Source: an uncultured Gammaproteobacteria bacterium
Lineage (GTDB): Bacteria; Patescibacteriota; Microgenomatia; JAMCZE01
Assembly: GCA_964554695.1 (NCBI GenBank)
Contig: CAZKPQ010000001.1
Location: 1 to 31,666, forward strand
Reading direction: 5' to 3'
DNA length: 31,666 bases
Shown: positions 16,664 through 24,784 of the stretch, in pieces
Numbering within the stretch: the first letter of the stretch is position 1
Layout of the letters: the number at the start of each line of letters is the position of its first letter
Translations under genes and position numbers: made by a program
Notes under the pieces: model-generated
Told to the model about the DNA's origin: nothing
What the model saw: only the letters and a program-made list of their open reading frames with translations
Databases searched by the model: none

Positions 16664-18961
16664 TTATGCCTTTATTCCCCGAAGCTTTCGAATAAACCAT
16701 CCCACTGCTCCAGCTCCTAGAAGCGCCGGCAGTACAGCTGTCTCTGCTCCCGTCGCCGGCACATCAGATAATACCTTACCCGTCGGTGGCGGTGGTGTTA
16801 CTCCGGGTACTACCGTCGTCACTACTTTCTGGCAAGCTCCACTACCACCAGCTTGATTACCCTTGTCGTCGATCACATAGCCATTGACTACAAATGTCCC
16901 CGTACCGTCAAAAATATGCGTTAAGGAGTTACCTGTCTGAACGGTCCCCCCGGTTCCGTCCCCGAAGTCAAATTTATACTGCACGATTGACCCTCCCCCG
17001 GTCGTTCGTCCAGAAACCCTCGCCGTTACCGATAGAGGACTGGTTCCCGTCTGCGGCGTTACTACTAGCTCCTCGCAAATCACATTCTGGGAGACTACCG
17101 GTTTACAATCGCTTGAGTCGTCGCATCGATCAAACCCTCCACCATTAACCTCAGTGCATGCTTCGTTTCGACACTCTTTATGTGTAGGCTCTTCGCAATC
17201 ATTGTCACTATTACACTCATTTTGCCCCGGCCCTTCTTTAACCACACAAGCCTCGTCATCGCACTCCTTGTGGGTTACTGGCTTGCACTGGCTATCAGTC
17301 GAGCACTTATCTACTCCCGGTCCATCTTTAATGACACAGGCCTCATCCTCACACTCTTTGTGTTTTGGTCTCTTGCAGTGTGTATCCGTCTCGCATTCGT
17401 TTTGGCCTGGACCAACCTTAACTACACACGCTTCGTCTTCGCACTCTTTGTGAGTTACCGGTGCACAGTCTGCATCAATTAAACATTTGTTCGGCCCTGG
17501 CCCAAACACCTTAGTACAAGCTTCATTTTTACATTCTTTATGGGTTAGGGGTACACAGTCTCCATCAACTAAACACTTATTCTGTCCCGGGCCATCGACG
17601 AGCTTACAGGCAAAATTTACGCACTCTTTATGCTTTACTGGTTTACAATCTACGTCAGACAAACATTTGTCCTGACCAGGTCCGGCAACAATCTTACAAG
17701 CTTGATTAACACACTCGCGGTGTGTTTGAGGCTTACAGTCATTATCAGATAAACATTTATTTGCTCCCGGTCCCGCAACCACCTTACAGGCATAATTAAC
17801 ACACTCTTTGTGAGTAACCGGGGAACAGTCTGCATCGACATTACATTTGTTTTGTCCTGGTCCAGCTACTACTTTACAAGCGTAATTTACACATTCCTTG
17901 TGTGTTACTGGCACGCAGTCGGCATCGACCAAACACTTATTCTGTCCCGGACCATCAACTAATTTACAAGCAAAGTTCACGCATTCTTTGTGCTTCTGGG
18001 GTTTACAGTCTTGGTCATTAGCACAAGTATCTTTCCCTGGCCCATCGACTAGCTTACAAGCATTATTAACGCACTCCTTATGTTTCTGTGGCTTACAGTC
18101 TTTGTTAGTATCACACTTATCTTTTCCTGGCCCCTGGACAATCACACACGCTTCGTTCACACACTCCTTATGCTCTTTACACTCCTTATTTGTCGAACAC
18201 TGGTCTTTCCCCGGTCCGGGTACCAATACACAAGCTTCATTTCTACATTCCTTGTGAACTTTACAATCCTTATTTGAATCGCATTTATCTTGTCCCGCAC
18301 CTGGTACCACTACACATGCTTCATTCCTGCACTCCTTGTGGGTCTTAGGCTTACAATCATTGTTCGACTGACACTGATCAGAACCAGCTCCATTAACTAA
18401 TACGCAAGCCTCATTTTTACACTCTTTGTGTTGCGGTTGAGGACAACCTCCACAATTCCACGCAATACTTCCGCCTCCCCCATTAATCCCAGACATACAA
18501 TCCAACTGGACTACCGAACAACCCGGTACACTGGCTGATTGCCCACAACTATAGTGAACATCATCTCCGTCATCTTCCTTTGTATTTGCGGTACAACTCG
18601 ACTTGTCCGAACAGTAATTGTTATTAATGCTACATCCCCCTGGTGGAAGTAAGCCTACTAACGCCGGACCTTGACCCTCTTCCCAAGCCCTTTTACATTC
18701 CTCAAACGACCCAAACTTATGAACTACCATCTCCGTATCGATTACCGTACCCTTGTCAAAGGCTGTACAAGTAACACTTACTGATCCCTGTGATGGCGGA
18801 TCAGCTGCAAAAATATCCGTTAATGGCGAAGTCGTTACTTGAAGCGAGAAAACGAGTAGAACAAAGGCTATTAAAGCCAGAAGAATTTTTGGGGCAAGAT
18901 CAACCCACCTCTCCCAGAGGATACTAAGACTTGATGCTGCCTTGGAAAATTTTCCCATCAA
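16664..18961 (-). CDS. Exported cysteine-rich tandem-repeat protein with PKD-like domain and LPxTG-like C-terminal anchor
   Basis: N-terminal hydrophobic segment; 15 repeats of HKEC-x4-C-x10-C-x5-C; PKD-like YKFDFGDG...THIFDGTGTFVV; C-terminus VPATG, hydrophobic stretch, RKLRGIKA. 72 Cys counted. Start is TTG 18961 or ATG 18958. Confidence 0.85.
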   Translation of the reverse strand: MMGKFSKAASSLSILWERWVDLAPKILLALIAFVLLVFSLQVTTSPLTDIFAADPPSQGSVSVTCTAFDKGTVIDTEMVVHKFGSFEECKRAWEEGQGPALVGLLPPGGCSINNNYCSDKSSCTANTKEDDGDDVHYSCGQSASVPGCSVVQLDCMSGINGGGGSIAWNCGGCPQPQHKECKNEACVLVNGAGSDQCQSNNDCKPKTHKECRNEACVVVPGAGQDKCDSNKDCKVHKECRNEACVLVPGPGKDQCSTNKECKEHKECVNEACVIVQGPGKDKCDTNKDCKPQKHKECVNNACKLVDGPGKDTCANDQDCKPQKHKECVNFACKLVDGPGQNKCLVDADCVPVTHKECVNYACKVVAGPGQNKCNVDADCSPVTHKECVNYACKVVAGPGANKCLSDNDCKPQTHRECVNQACKIVAGPGQDKCLSDVDCKPVKHKECVNFACKLVDGPGQNKCLVDGDCVPLTHKECKNEACTKVFGPGPNKCLIDADCAPVTHKECEDEACVVKVGPGQNECETDTHCKRPKHKECEDEACVIKDGPGVDKCSTDSQCKPVTHKECDDEACVVKEGPGQNECNSDNDCEEPTHKECRNEACTEVNGGGFDRCDDSSDCKPVVSQNVICEELVVTPQTGTSPLSVTARVSGRTTGGGSIVQYKFDFGDGTGGTVQTGNSLTHIFDGTGTFVVNGYVIDDKGNQAGGSGACQKVVTTVVPGVTPPPPTGKVLSDVPATGAETAVLPALLGAGAVGWFIRKLRGIKA
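17105..18430 (-). repeat. 15 coding tandem repeats of 84-90 bp (28-30 aa)
   Basis: From the first His (18428-18430) to the last Cys (17105-17107); consensus HKECxNxACxxVxGPGxN/DxCxxDxDCxPxT. Confidence 0.95.
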
Positions 18962-19067
18962 GTTGTATCGGCAGAAGTCAGCTTCCCAAGTTCAATTTAA
19001 CCGAACTTCTTAAGAATTCCGTATGAAAAACTTTTTCAGTTTTTCGTTATTAAATTATTTGTATCAG

Positions 19068-19096
19068 ATTATATATGATAATTTGCGTCTTTGCAA
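19068..19096 (-). promoter_or_regulatory. Near-consensus sigma70 promoter of the Cys-repeat gene (TTGCAA-N17-TATAAT)
   Basis: ttgcaa at 19091-19096 and attata at 19068-19073; implies a 5' UTR of about 100 nt. Confidence 0.7.
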
Positions 19097-19132
19097 CAAT
19101 CTCTTATTAATGTTTCGACCGTGAAAAAAAAT

Positions 19133-19162
19133 TTGACAAAATCTTTCTCTCCGTGTTACCAC
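19133..19162 (+). promoter_or_regulatory. Candidate plus-strand promoter (TTGACA-N18-TACCAC, preceded by TG)
   Basis: Perfect -35 at 19133-19138; the -10 is non-consensus (lacks the final T). Supported indirectly by a plus-strand terminator about 100 nt downstream. Confidence 0.45.
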
Positions 19163-19167
19163 TTATT

Positions 19168-19261
19168 TCAAGTGTTTTGGGCCTCTACTGCCTAGGGGCC
19201 AAAAACCAATCAAGGCATCACTTTTCGAGACTCTCAGGCTGCGGAAGTGATGCTTTTTTTT
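19168..19261 (+). ncRNA. Putative two-hairpin small RNA (candidate antisense regulator or antitoxin)
   Basis: Upstream promoter; hairpin TTTTGGGCCTCT/AGGGGCCAAAA (~19176-19204); terminator stem 19215-19253 plus 8 T. No plus-strand gene upstream within ~8.6 kb that would need this terminator. 5' end estimated. Confidence 0.5.
19215..19261 (+). terminator. Intrinsic terminator (strong on +, possibly bidirectional)
   Basis: GCATCACTT(TTCG)...(CGG)AAGTGATGC: 9 Watson-Crick bp plus G-U, followed by TTTTTTTT at 19254-19261. Confidence 0.75.
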
Positions 19262-19276
19262 GGCAAAACCTCAAAA

Positions 19277-19450
19277 TTACAGCGTGGTCATCGTGATAAT
19301 CTCTGACCCTCGCTGGGACAGTAACTTCCCAACTTGCTTCGAAACTAATCCTTCCTTAAAAGAAACTACTCTCGCCTCTCTAGCCTGAAGGGCAAGTCTC
19401 CTCCCAAGCCATCTTCGAACTTTTATCCAAAACTTTGCTTTATACGCCAT
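19277..19450 (-). CDS. Small cationic protein, 57 aa (below ORF-track cutoff); candidate toxin or regulatory peptide
   Basis: Manual translation MAYKAKFWIKVRRWLGRRLALQAREARVVSFKEGLVSKQVGKLLSQRGSEIITMTTL*; 13 K/R vs 3 E; own promoter upstream and a hairpin just downstream. Confidence 0.45.
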   Translation of the reverse strand: MAYKAKFWIKVRRWLGRRLALQAREARVVSFKEGLVSKQVGKLLSQRGSEIITMTTL

Positions 19451-19477
19451 AGGTTAATGTCTCAGGCTGCGAAGGAA

Positions 19478-19505
19478 ATCATAACTCAATTGAATGATTT
19501 GTCAA
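19478..19505 (-). promoter_or_regulatory. Sigma70 promoter (TTGACA-N16-TATGAT) for the 57-aa ORF
   Basis: tgtcaa at 19500-19505 and atcata at 19478-19483; predicted TSS about 19470-19472. Confidence 0.65.
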
Positions 19506-19639
19506 GACCTGTAGTCTAACATCTATACACTACAAGATATGCCCATAGTAAAGAGAAAGGGGGGAGGCTGTTACAGCAAGCTATTTATAACAAGAGGCGA
19601 CTCTCTCTACTCTGTGGACAAATTGAGGAATTCCCAAAA

Positions 19640-20935
19640 CTATATGGAGATATCGCTTAGTGAGCTCAGGGTCTCGGAAGTTAGAATATTCTTGAAACCC
19701 AACTTCTTTGCTTCCTTAACCCTTCTTGGAAGTGAGTTTACTTTTCTGACTGTCCCCAATAAATCAAGCTCCCCTATTGCCAAAGTTTTAGGCGGAACGG
19801 GTCTATCCTTGAAGGAAGAAATGATTGCTAGAGCAATTGGTAAGTCTGCTGCCGGCTCTGTTATCGTTAATCCCCCCGCCACCGAAACATAGATATCTTC
19901 TTTATACAGGGGTGCCGACAGTCGCTTCTGAATAATGGCTACAATGGTCTGTAATCGACTATTAGAGATACCCGTCGCCACTCTCCGAGGGGCTGGTAAT
20001 GGCGTCTGGGTTACCAAAGCTTGGACCTCAACTAGTAGCGGCCGCATTCCCTCCATCGTGATTGTCATACACGCGCCCGGCTGTCCCTGACTCTTATTGT
20101 CAGTAAATAGACTTTGTAAATCAGCCACTTCCCGAAGGCCCCCATCACTCATTTCTAATACTCCTACCTCATCAGTTGGCCCAAACCTGTTCTTAGTACT
20201 TCTAATTATCCGTAAGGAGGTAAATCTCTCACCCTCAATACTAATAATAGTATCAACTGCATGTTCTAGTACTTTTGGCCCGGCTATACTACCCTCTTTT
20301 GTAACATGCCCCACAATAAATGTCGGTATCCCTAATTGTTTTACTACCCCGATTACTCTTGCCGCCGACTCTCGTACTTGTCCGACCGTCCCTGCCATAC
20401 CGGCTAGTTCGGTTGTCGCTAGAGTCTGAATCGAGTCAATAATGACTAGCCTAATATTTTTATCAGCCTGTATCTGCCCAACCACCCGATCAACATCATT
20501 TGTCTCCAAAACGCTCAAATTCGGAAGTTGAGCCCCTAATCTCTCCGCCCGAAGCTTGATCTGACCAGCAGACTCCTCGCCCGCCACATACAACACTTCC
20601 CCCCTCCACGCCCTCGCTACCTCAAGAAGAAGCGTCGATTTCCCTACCCCTGGTTCACCTGACAACAACACTACCATTCCTCCCACCACCCCGCCTCCTA
20701 GAACCATGTCAAGTTCTGCGAGTCCCGTTGACTGTCTAGTTAAAACTCCCGCCTCTACCCCCGAAAGCCGAACTAACCGGGAAGACCCGCCCTCTCTAAG
20801 AGCCTTCGTCTTTGGCGCTTCGCTGATCTCCTCCACAAAACTATTCCAGCTTCCACAGTTAGGACACCGGCCTAACTGTCCTGGGCTCTTGTAGCCGCAC
20901 TGTTGACACACAAAAACCGAGGACTTCTTCGCCAT
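19640..20935 (-). CDS. radA: DNA repair protein RadA/Sms
   Basis: C4 zinc finger CQQCG...RCPNCGSWNS, Walker A GEPGVGKS, IIDSIQT, GHVTKEGSIAGPKVLEHAVD, KNRFG, Lon-like C-domain EVQALV...AADLPIALAI. Confidence 0.98.
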   Translation of the reverse strand: MAKKSSVFVCQQCGYKSPGQLGRCPNCGSWNSFVEEISEAPKTKALREGGSSRLVRLSGVEAGVLTRQSTGLAELDMVLGGGVVGGMVVLLSGEPGVGKSTLLLEVARAWRGEVLYVAGEESAGQIKLRAERLGAQLPNLSVLETNDVDRVVGQIQADKNIRLVIIDSIQTLATTELAGMAGTVGQVRESAARVIGVVKQLGIPTFIVGHVTKEGSIAGPKVLEHAVDTIISIEGERFTSLRIIRSTKNRFGPTDEVGVLEMSDGGLREVADLQSLFTDNKSQGQPGACMTITMEGMRPLLVEVQALVTQTPLPAPRRVATGISNSRLQTIVAIIQKRLSAPLYKEDIYVSVAGGLTITEPAADLPIALAIISSFKDRPVPPKTLAIGELDLLGTVRKVNSLPRRVKEAKKLGFKNILTSETLSSLSDISI

Positions 20936-20936
20936 A

Positions 20937-22235
20937 TTACGTAACTATAACACGTCTGGAACGACCCCCGTCTAGCTTCGGCCGGGTCTCCCAAAGGGTA
21001 TCAGTTAAAACTAACTTCTCACCGCCTAAGCCAAATAAGCTCTCAATAAAGCCAACTATCTCCGGTCGCGCTTCACTAAAAGGAATCACTTTATTTCCGT
21101 CTACCACCGGTGTCTCAAGTCGAAGGTTAAAGTTCGGTAACTGGAAAAAATACTCTCCCTGAGCCAACTCCTCCCGCCCATCAGATGAACGGAATTGCCA
21201 GCCATCATGGGCTTTCCCACTAACCCAATAATCAAGACCATATTCCCCTAAAAAGGTTTTTAGCCTCTCATCTGTTGTTTCAAGCGCTACTCCCAACACT
21301 TCTTCTCTAATCCCCATCTCTCTAATTGCCTTCGCCATCATCAGTTCGGGTCCCTGAACGCCGGGATGAAAATAAAGAGATCTATGCAAAGAAGCTGATG
21401 CTACGGCGTAGTGTGCCATCAATTCTGAATCAGTCATTACCCACTTCTGTCGTTCCTTGTCCCAAACAAACTTTTCCATTGGATCAAAATCCTCGTACGC
21501 AAACGCGACAGCTGGAACTTTATCAGATTGCCCAAATTCTCCTCCCGATATGATATTCTCAAGAAGCACTGACACCGTTGGGAAAGAGTTAATTACCTGA
21601 CAGGGGTTGGCTTCGAACTCTTTATCGCACTCACTCCAGCCCAGCTTTCTGAGGTATTGAAAGGCCGACCCGAACTTCAAGTCTGATCTTGTATAGCTCA
21701 GGAAATCAATATCGGCCTCACGCTTAGTTGGACCGTGAATTAATTGAGCCGTGGGAGAGTTCGACTCTCGTTTAATCATGGCAATGATCTCTCTTTTTAC
21801 TTCCACTGGATCCCATCCTAGTCGCGAACTACACCTGATAAAACGTTCTCCAGCTTCTGAACTAAACCAATAGTCCTCAGCTATTGCCGCCTCATCAATT
21901 CCCAAGGCGATCTTCAAGCCATCTCCACCAGCCGGATGTGGATCATGATAAATCCCCATAAACAACGCTAATAGCTGATCACTCTGAGAAAACCCATTCC
22001 TTTTTGCAATCTCACTCCCTTCCAGTCCAACTGCCAAACAATGGTTGTACCTCGTCCAGTAGTTCCGATACGGTCGTTCTCGCGACAACCCAAGTTGCCC
22101 GACCTCGTCCATTCTCGTTACCTTCGGGTCATGGACTAATTCCTCTACCAAACTTCCTTGAGGAATTGCCAAACCCGTTAATGGATCGACATAGCATATC
22201 TCCCCAATTGTTTCGTGCGCAGCTCGGACTATCAA
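20937..22235 (-). CDS. Divergent HD-superfamily phosphohydrolase (SAMHD1/COG1078-like motif order)
   Basis: VDPLTG; ELVHDPKVTRMDEVGQLG; TRYNHCLAV; YHDPHPAGGD; DIDFLSYTRSD; LYFHP. Stop lies 1 nt before the radA ATG. Confidence 0.75.
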   Translation of the reverse strand: MIVRAAHETIGEICYVDPLTGLAIPQGSLVEELVHDPKVTRMDEVGQLGLSRERPYRNYWTRYNHCLAVGLEGSEIAKRNGFSQSDQLLALFMGIYHDPHPAGGDGLKIALGIDEAAIAEDYWFSSEAGERFIRCSSRLGWDPVEVKREIIAMIKRESNSPTAQLIHGPTKREADIDFLSYTRSDLKFGSAFQYLRKLGWSECDKEFEANPCQVINSFPTVSVLLENIISGGEFGQSDKVPAVAFAYEDFDPMEKFVWDKERQKWVMTDSELMAHYAVASASLHRSLYFHPGVQGPELMMAKAIREMGIREEVLGVALETTDERLKTFLGEYGLDYWVSGKAHDGWQFRSSDGREELAQGEYFFQLPNFNLRLETPVVDGNKVIPFSEARPEIVGFIESLFGLGGEKLVLTDTLWETRPKLDGGRSRRVIVT

Positions 22236-22265
22236 TTTGTCAACTCGGGGCAGTCGAAATCAAAT

Positions 22266-23717
22266 CTATCTAACACTTAATCGATCGATATCCAGTTCAT
22301 ATACTCCTACAAACTCCTCGTCAAGTGGCTTTTTAAATCTTGCCAGCTCCTTTAAAACTGACTCCATTCCCGCATACTGCCCCCCCCGTGAGACAAAGTA
22401 AACCGCAAGTCCGCTCTCCCTGAACTGTTTATTCCTCACAAAGGCCGGTAACAGGTCCAAATAGTAAACCCTCAGGTTAGTTGCTTTATCTAGGTAAACA
22501 AACATCGCCCCCTCTGGGTTCCCCGTATCATTACGAACAAACACTACTCCCGGCCTTACTTTGCTGCGCCTCTTCAAAAAATCTGCTGCCTCCTTCACTC
22601 CATACCCGCTCGAAAATCCCTCAAAATATTGTGACAGGTCCCTCTTTATAGGCGAAAGGTTGCTAAATGTCTGGTAAAAATTAAGTGGCCAAACACCTAG
22701 CCAAACTGCCTCTATCGCTAATAATAAGGCCATGCCCATGCCCAGAAGCTTATTTTTTAGGTAAACCCTCCCCAGTCCAACCCCCGCTACTATTAATAGT
22801 AGCGGCAATGTCCAGACTATATACCGACTTGTTATATCTCGGGTAACTAATATCATAAGTACCACCGGTAGCCCAAACCACATCCCCAGTAAAATTCCCT
22901 CCCGTCGTCTAGTCCTCAAACCTACTATTAGTAATAGTAAGGCTGGCGAAAGAGTCACCAGCCAGACCAGAACTCTAACTAAATTGTCCCACCACAAGCC
23001 CCAAGGTAGTTGTATAAGTTCGTCCGCTGTTAAAACCCACCTCTCCGAAGGCGTTTGCATCGCCGGATGGCTAACAATTGGTATTATGAGCAAAGTAAAA
23101 ACGACCACTGCTATTACCAAGTCTTTCAAGGCTTCCGTCACCGATTTATCCCTCCGCCAAGCAATCAATATTCTTGTAATTACCATCGGCAATATCATTA
23201 GAAGCACCGTTGCCTTAATCCAATAACCCACCGCCAGTATTCCTCCAATTGCGACTCCCCTAAGCCACTTTTGTCGCGGTCCCCAAAGGCAACATAGGAA
23301 AAGTAATGGGTACAATATTAAAAGGTGGGGCTCTGCCAAAGCCATCTTCTCGTAAAAGAGAGTTAAAGGATTTGCGATCAAAACTACCGCTACCCAATCG
23401 ATAACACTCTCACCATAAAGTTTCCGAGCTATTATTAACCCCAAGCCAAATGCGACCGTTGAGTATCCAATCGCAAGTGTTCTCCCAGCCTCTACCGGAT
23501 CGCCCGGCCATACGAGCCAAGGACTATAAAGAATTGCAATTCCTGGCGGTCGCTGATCAAGTCTAAGCGTGTAATCCCAAGTACCCTGATTGCTAAAGAT
23601 AATTTTCCCCCAGTGCAAGTAGCTTGCCTCATCATTAAAAATTGGCACCGATCCCATAAAAAGACCCCGAGAAATTAGAAAAACCATTACCCATAGAGTG
23701 ATTCTTTTAGTCATCAT
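22266..23717 (-). CDS. Polytopic GT-C glycosyltransferase (GT39/PMT- or ArnT-like)
   Basis: IFNDEASYLHWG, DQRPPG, many TM segments, NPLTLFYEKMALAEP, YWIKAT, SRYIVWTLP. Confidence 0.8.
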   Translation of the reverse strand: MMTKRITLWVMVFLISRGLFMGSVPIFNDEASYLHWGKIIFSNQGTWDYTLRLDQRPPGIAILYSPWLVWPGDPVEAGRTLAIGYSTVAFGLGLIIARKLYGESVIDWVAVVLIANPLTLFYEKMALAEPHLLILYPLLFLCCLWGPRQKWLRGVAIGGILAVGYWIKATVLLMILPMVITRILIAWRRDKSVTEALKDLVIAVVVFTLLIIPIVSHPAMQTPSERWVLTADELIQLPWGLWWDNLVRVLVWLVTLSPALLLLIVGLRTRRREGILLGMWFGLPVVLMILVTRDITSRYIVWTLPLLLIVAGVGLGRVYLKNKLLGMGMALLLAIEAVWLGVWPLNFYQTFSNLSPIKRDLSQYFEGFSSGYGVKEAADFLKRRSKVRPGVVFVRNDTGNPEGAMFVYLDKATNLRVYYLDLLPAFVRNKQFRESGLAVYFVSRGGQYAGMESVLKELARFKKPLDEEFVGVYELDIDRLSVR

Positions 23718-23772
23718 TTAGCCACAAATCTACTTGCAGTATTTTACGCCTCATCTTATGATACCCTAGCCG

Positions 23773-24405
23773 GTGTTAACCATTTTGTCGATCCTCCTGG
23801 TTGGCCTCACCTTCCTGATTCCAGTCCCCCCACCTACAAGTTCCGCTGTTCCAACAAGCCTCAAAATCTCCCAGGACCCAGATACCATCAAAACTACCCT
23901 TGCCGACCCTTCACTCCCGAAGCCCCTTACCTTATCTACTCCAACCGTTTCCAAACCACCCGCTAGCCTCCCCTGGGGCCAAACCGAAAAAATCGGCGAT
24001 CATCTCTACCGAACTTACGTTGCCAATGACCCGGCAATGGCCGCCCCCGGGGATATACTAGCAGCCCTTAATCTTTATCGTCAAAACCATGGTCGCGGCC
24101 CCCTTACCTCCGACGAGAAGATCTGCCAATTTTCTGTCTTCCGAGCAGGCGAGCAACAAGCCGGACTTGACTCCCATGCCGGTTTCCAAAAATATCTCGA
24201 AGACCCAAAACACTGGGAAGATCTCGGCATCACTGGCATCGGCGAAAACGCTTCCTACGGTTATGTTCTCTCTGGTACCCATCTTATTGAGTGGGTCTTC
24301 AATGCCGACGACGAGCATAGAAATAACCAGCTAAACCCCGACTGGACCTTAGCCTGTGCTGCAGTTTCTGGTAAAACCGTCAACATTATTTTTGCGAAGA
24401 GGTAG
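23773..24405 (+). CDS. CAP (SCP/cysteine-rich secretory) domain protein, exported
   Basis: Signal/TM; Pro/Thr linker; LNLYRQNHGRGPL, DSHAGF, GENASYG, WVFNADDEHRNNQLNPDW. Confidence 0.8.
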   Translation: MLTILSILLVGLTFLIPVPPPTSSAVPTSLKISQDPDTIKTTLADPSLPKPLTLSTPTVSKPPASLPWGQTEKIGDHLYRTYVANDPAMAAPGDILAALNLYRQNHGRGPLTSDEKICQFSVFRAGEQQAGLDSHAGFQKYLEDPKHWEDLGITGIGENASYGYVLSGTHLIEWVFNADDEHRNNQLNPDWTLACAAVSGKTVNIIFAKR

Positions 24406-24784
24406 CTTTCTTCCGAAGTTCAATCTTTGTCCCCACCACATAGCCTATCCGTTCTTCACCCCAGAAAAGGTCCACCTGATCGGAGTCGTCCTCCTCAAAC
24501 ACGCTAGCTCGCCTTGGCTTAAACTTCACCTCTGGCTTTTCATTATCCGTCCACATCGCATATCTTTCTTTTTCTCTCTCTGTTTCCTCCTGAAGCATTT
24601 CGACGACAACTACTAACTTCCCGTCATAAACAATCCTTAACCTTTCTCCTTGTCTTATGTAGAGGTGTCGACCGGCCGTTTCCTCGTTTCGGGAAAACTC
24701 AAGTCTCCACTCCTTGCCCGAGTCACTCGGGTTAGGTTGAGACGTAACCGCTCTTATCCCCTTCTCGTGGCCAACAATTAACAC
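24386..24784 (-). CDS. Hypothetical protein
   Basis: 132-aa ORF; GTG start 7 nt after TGT-TAAGCT (24792-24800); fills the gap between two genes. Confidence 0.6.
   Translation of the reverse strand: MLIVGHEKGIRAVTSQPNPSDSGKEWRLEFSRNEETAGRHLYIRQGERLRIVYDGKLVVVVEMLQEETEREKERYAMWTDNEKPEVKFKPRRASVFEEDDSDQVDLFWGEERIGYVVGTKIELRKKATSSQK

Noticed and set aside
17105-18430. ~90-bp periodicity as a CRISPR array or noncoding tandem repeat
   Set aside because: The units are in-frame coding repeats with synonymous divergence; there is no invariant repeat/unique spacer pattern and no cas genes. The same applies to 25716-26654.
19228-19240. ACTCTCAGG resembling the 3' end of a glycine riboswitch aptamer
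   Set aside because: The upstream GGAGA and CCGAAG elements are absent, and no plus-strand gene follows.
19262-19325. GGCAAAACC resembling the start of a c-di-GMP-I riboswitch
   Set aside because: No GNRA-capped P2 or GACGCAAA element follows, and it lies just after a plus-strand terminator.
19462-19482. Tiny uORF MISFAA* upstream of the 57-aa ORF
   Set aside because: Its ATG overlaps the predicted -10 box, so it would lie upstream of the TSS; relevant only for radA read-through.
19423-19621. Two one-mismatch DnaA boxes (TTATCCAAA 19423-19431; TGTGGACAA 19613-19621) suggesting oriC
   Set aside because: Only two imperfect boxes, no dnaA or dnaN nearby, and no visible change in strand skew or gene orientation.
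19539-19892. 117-aa plus-strand ORF
   Set aside because: Mostly antisense to radA, with no recognisable motif; treated as a shadow ORF.
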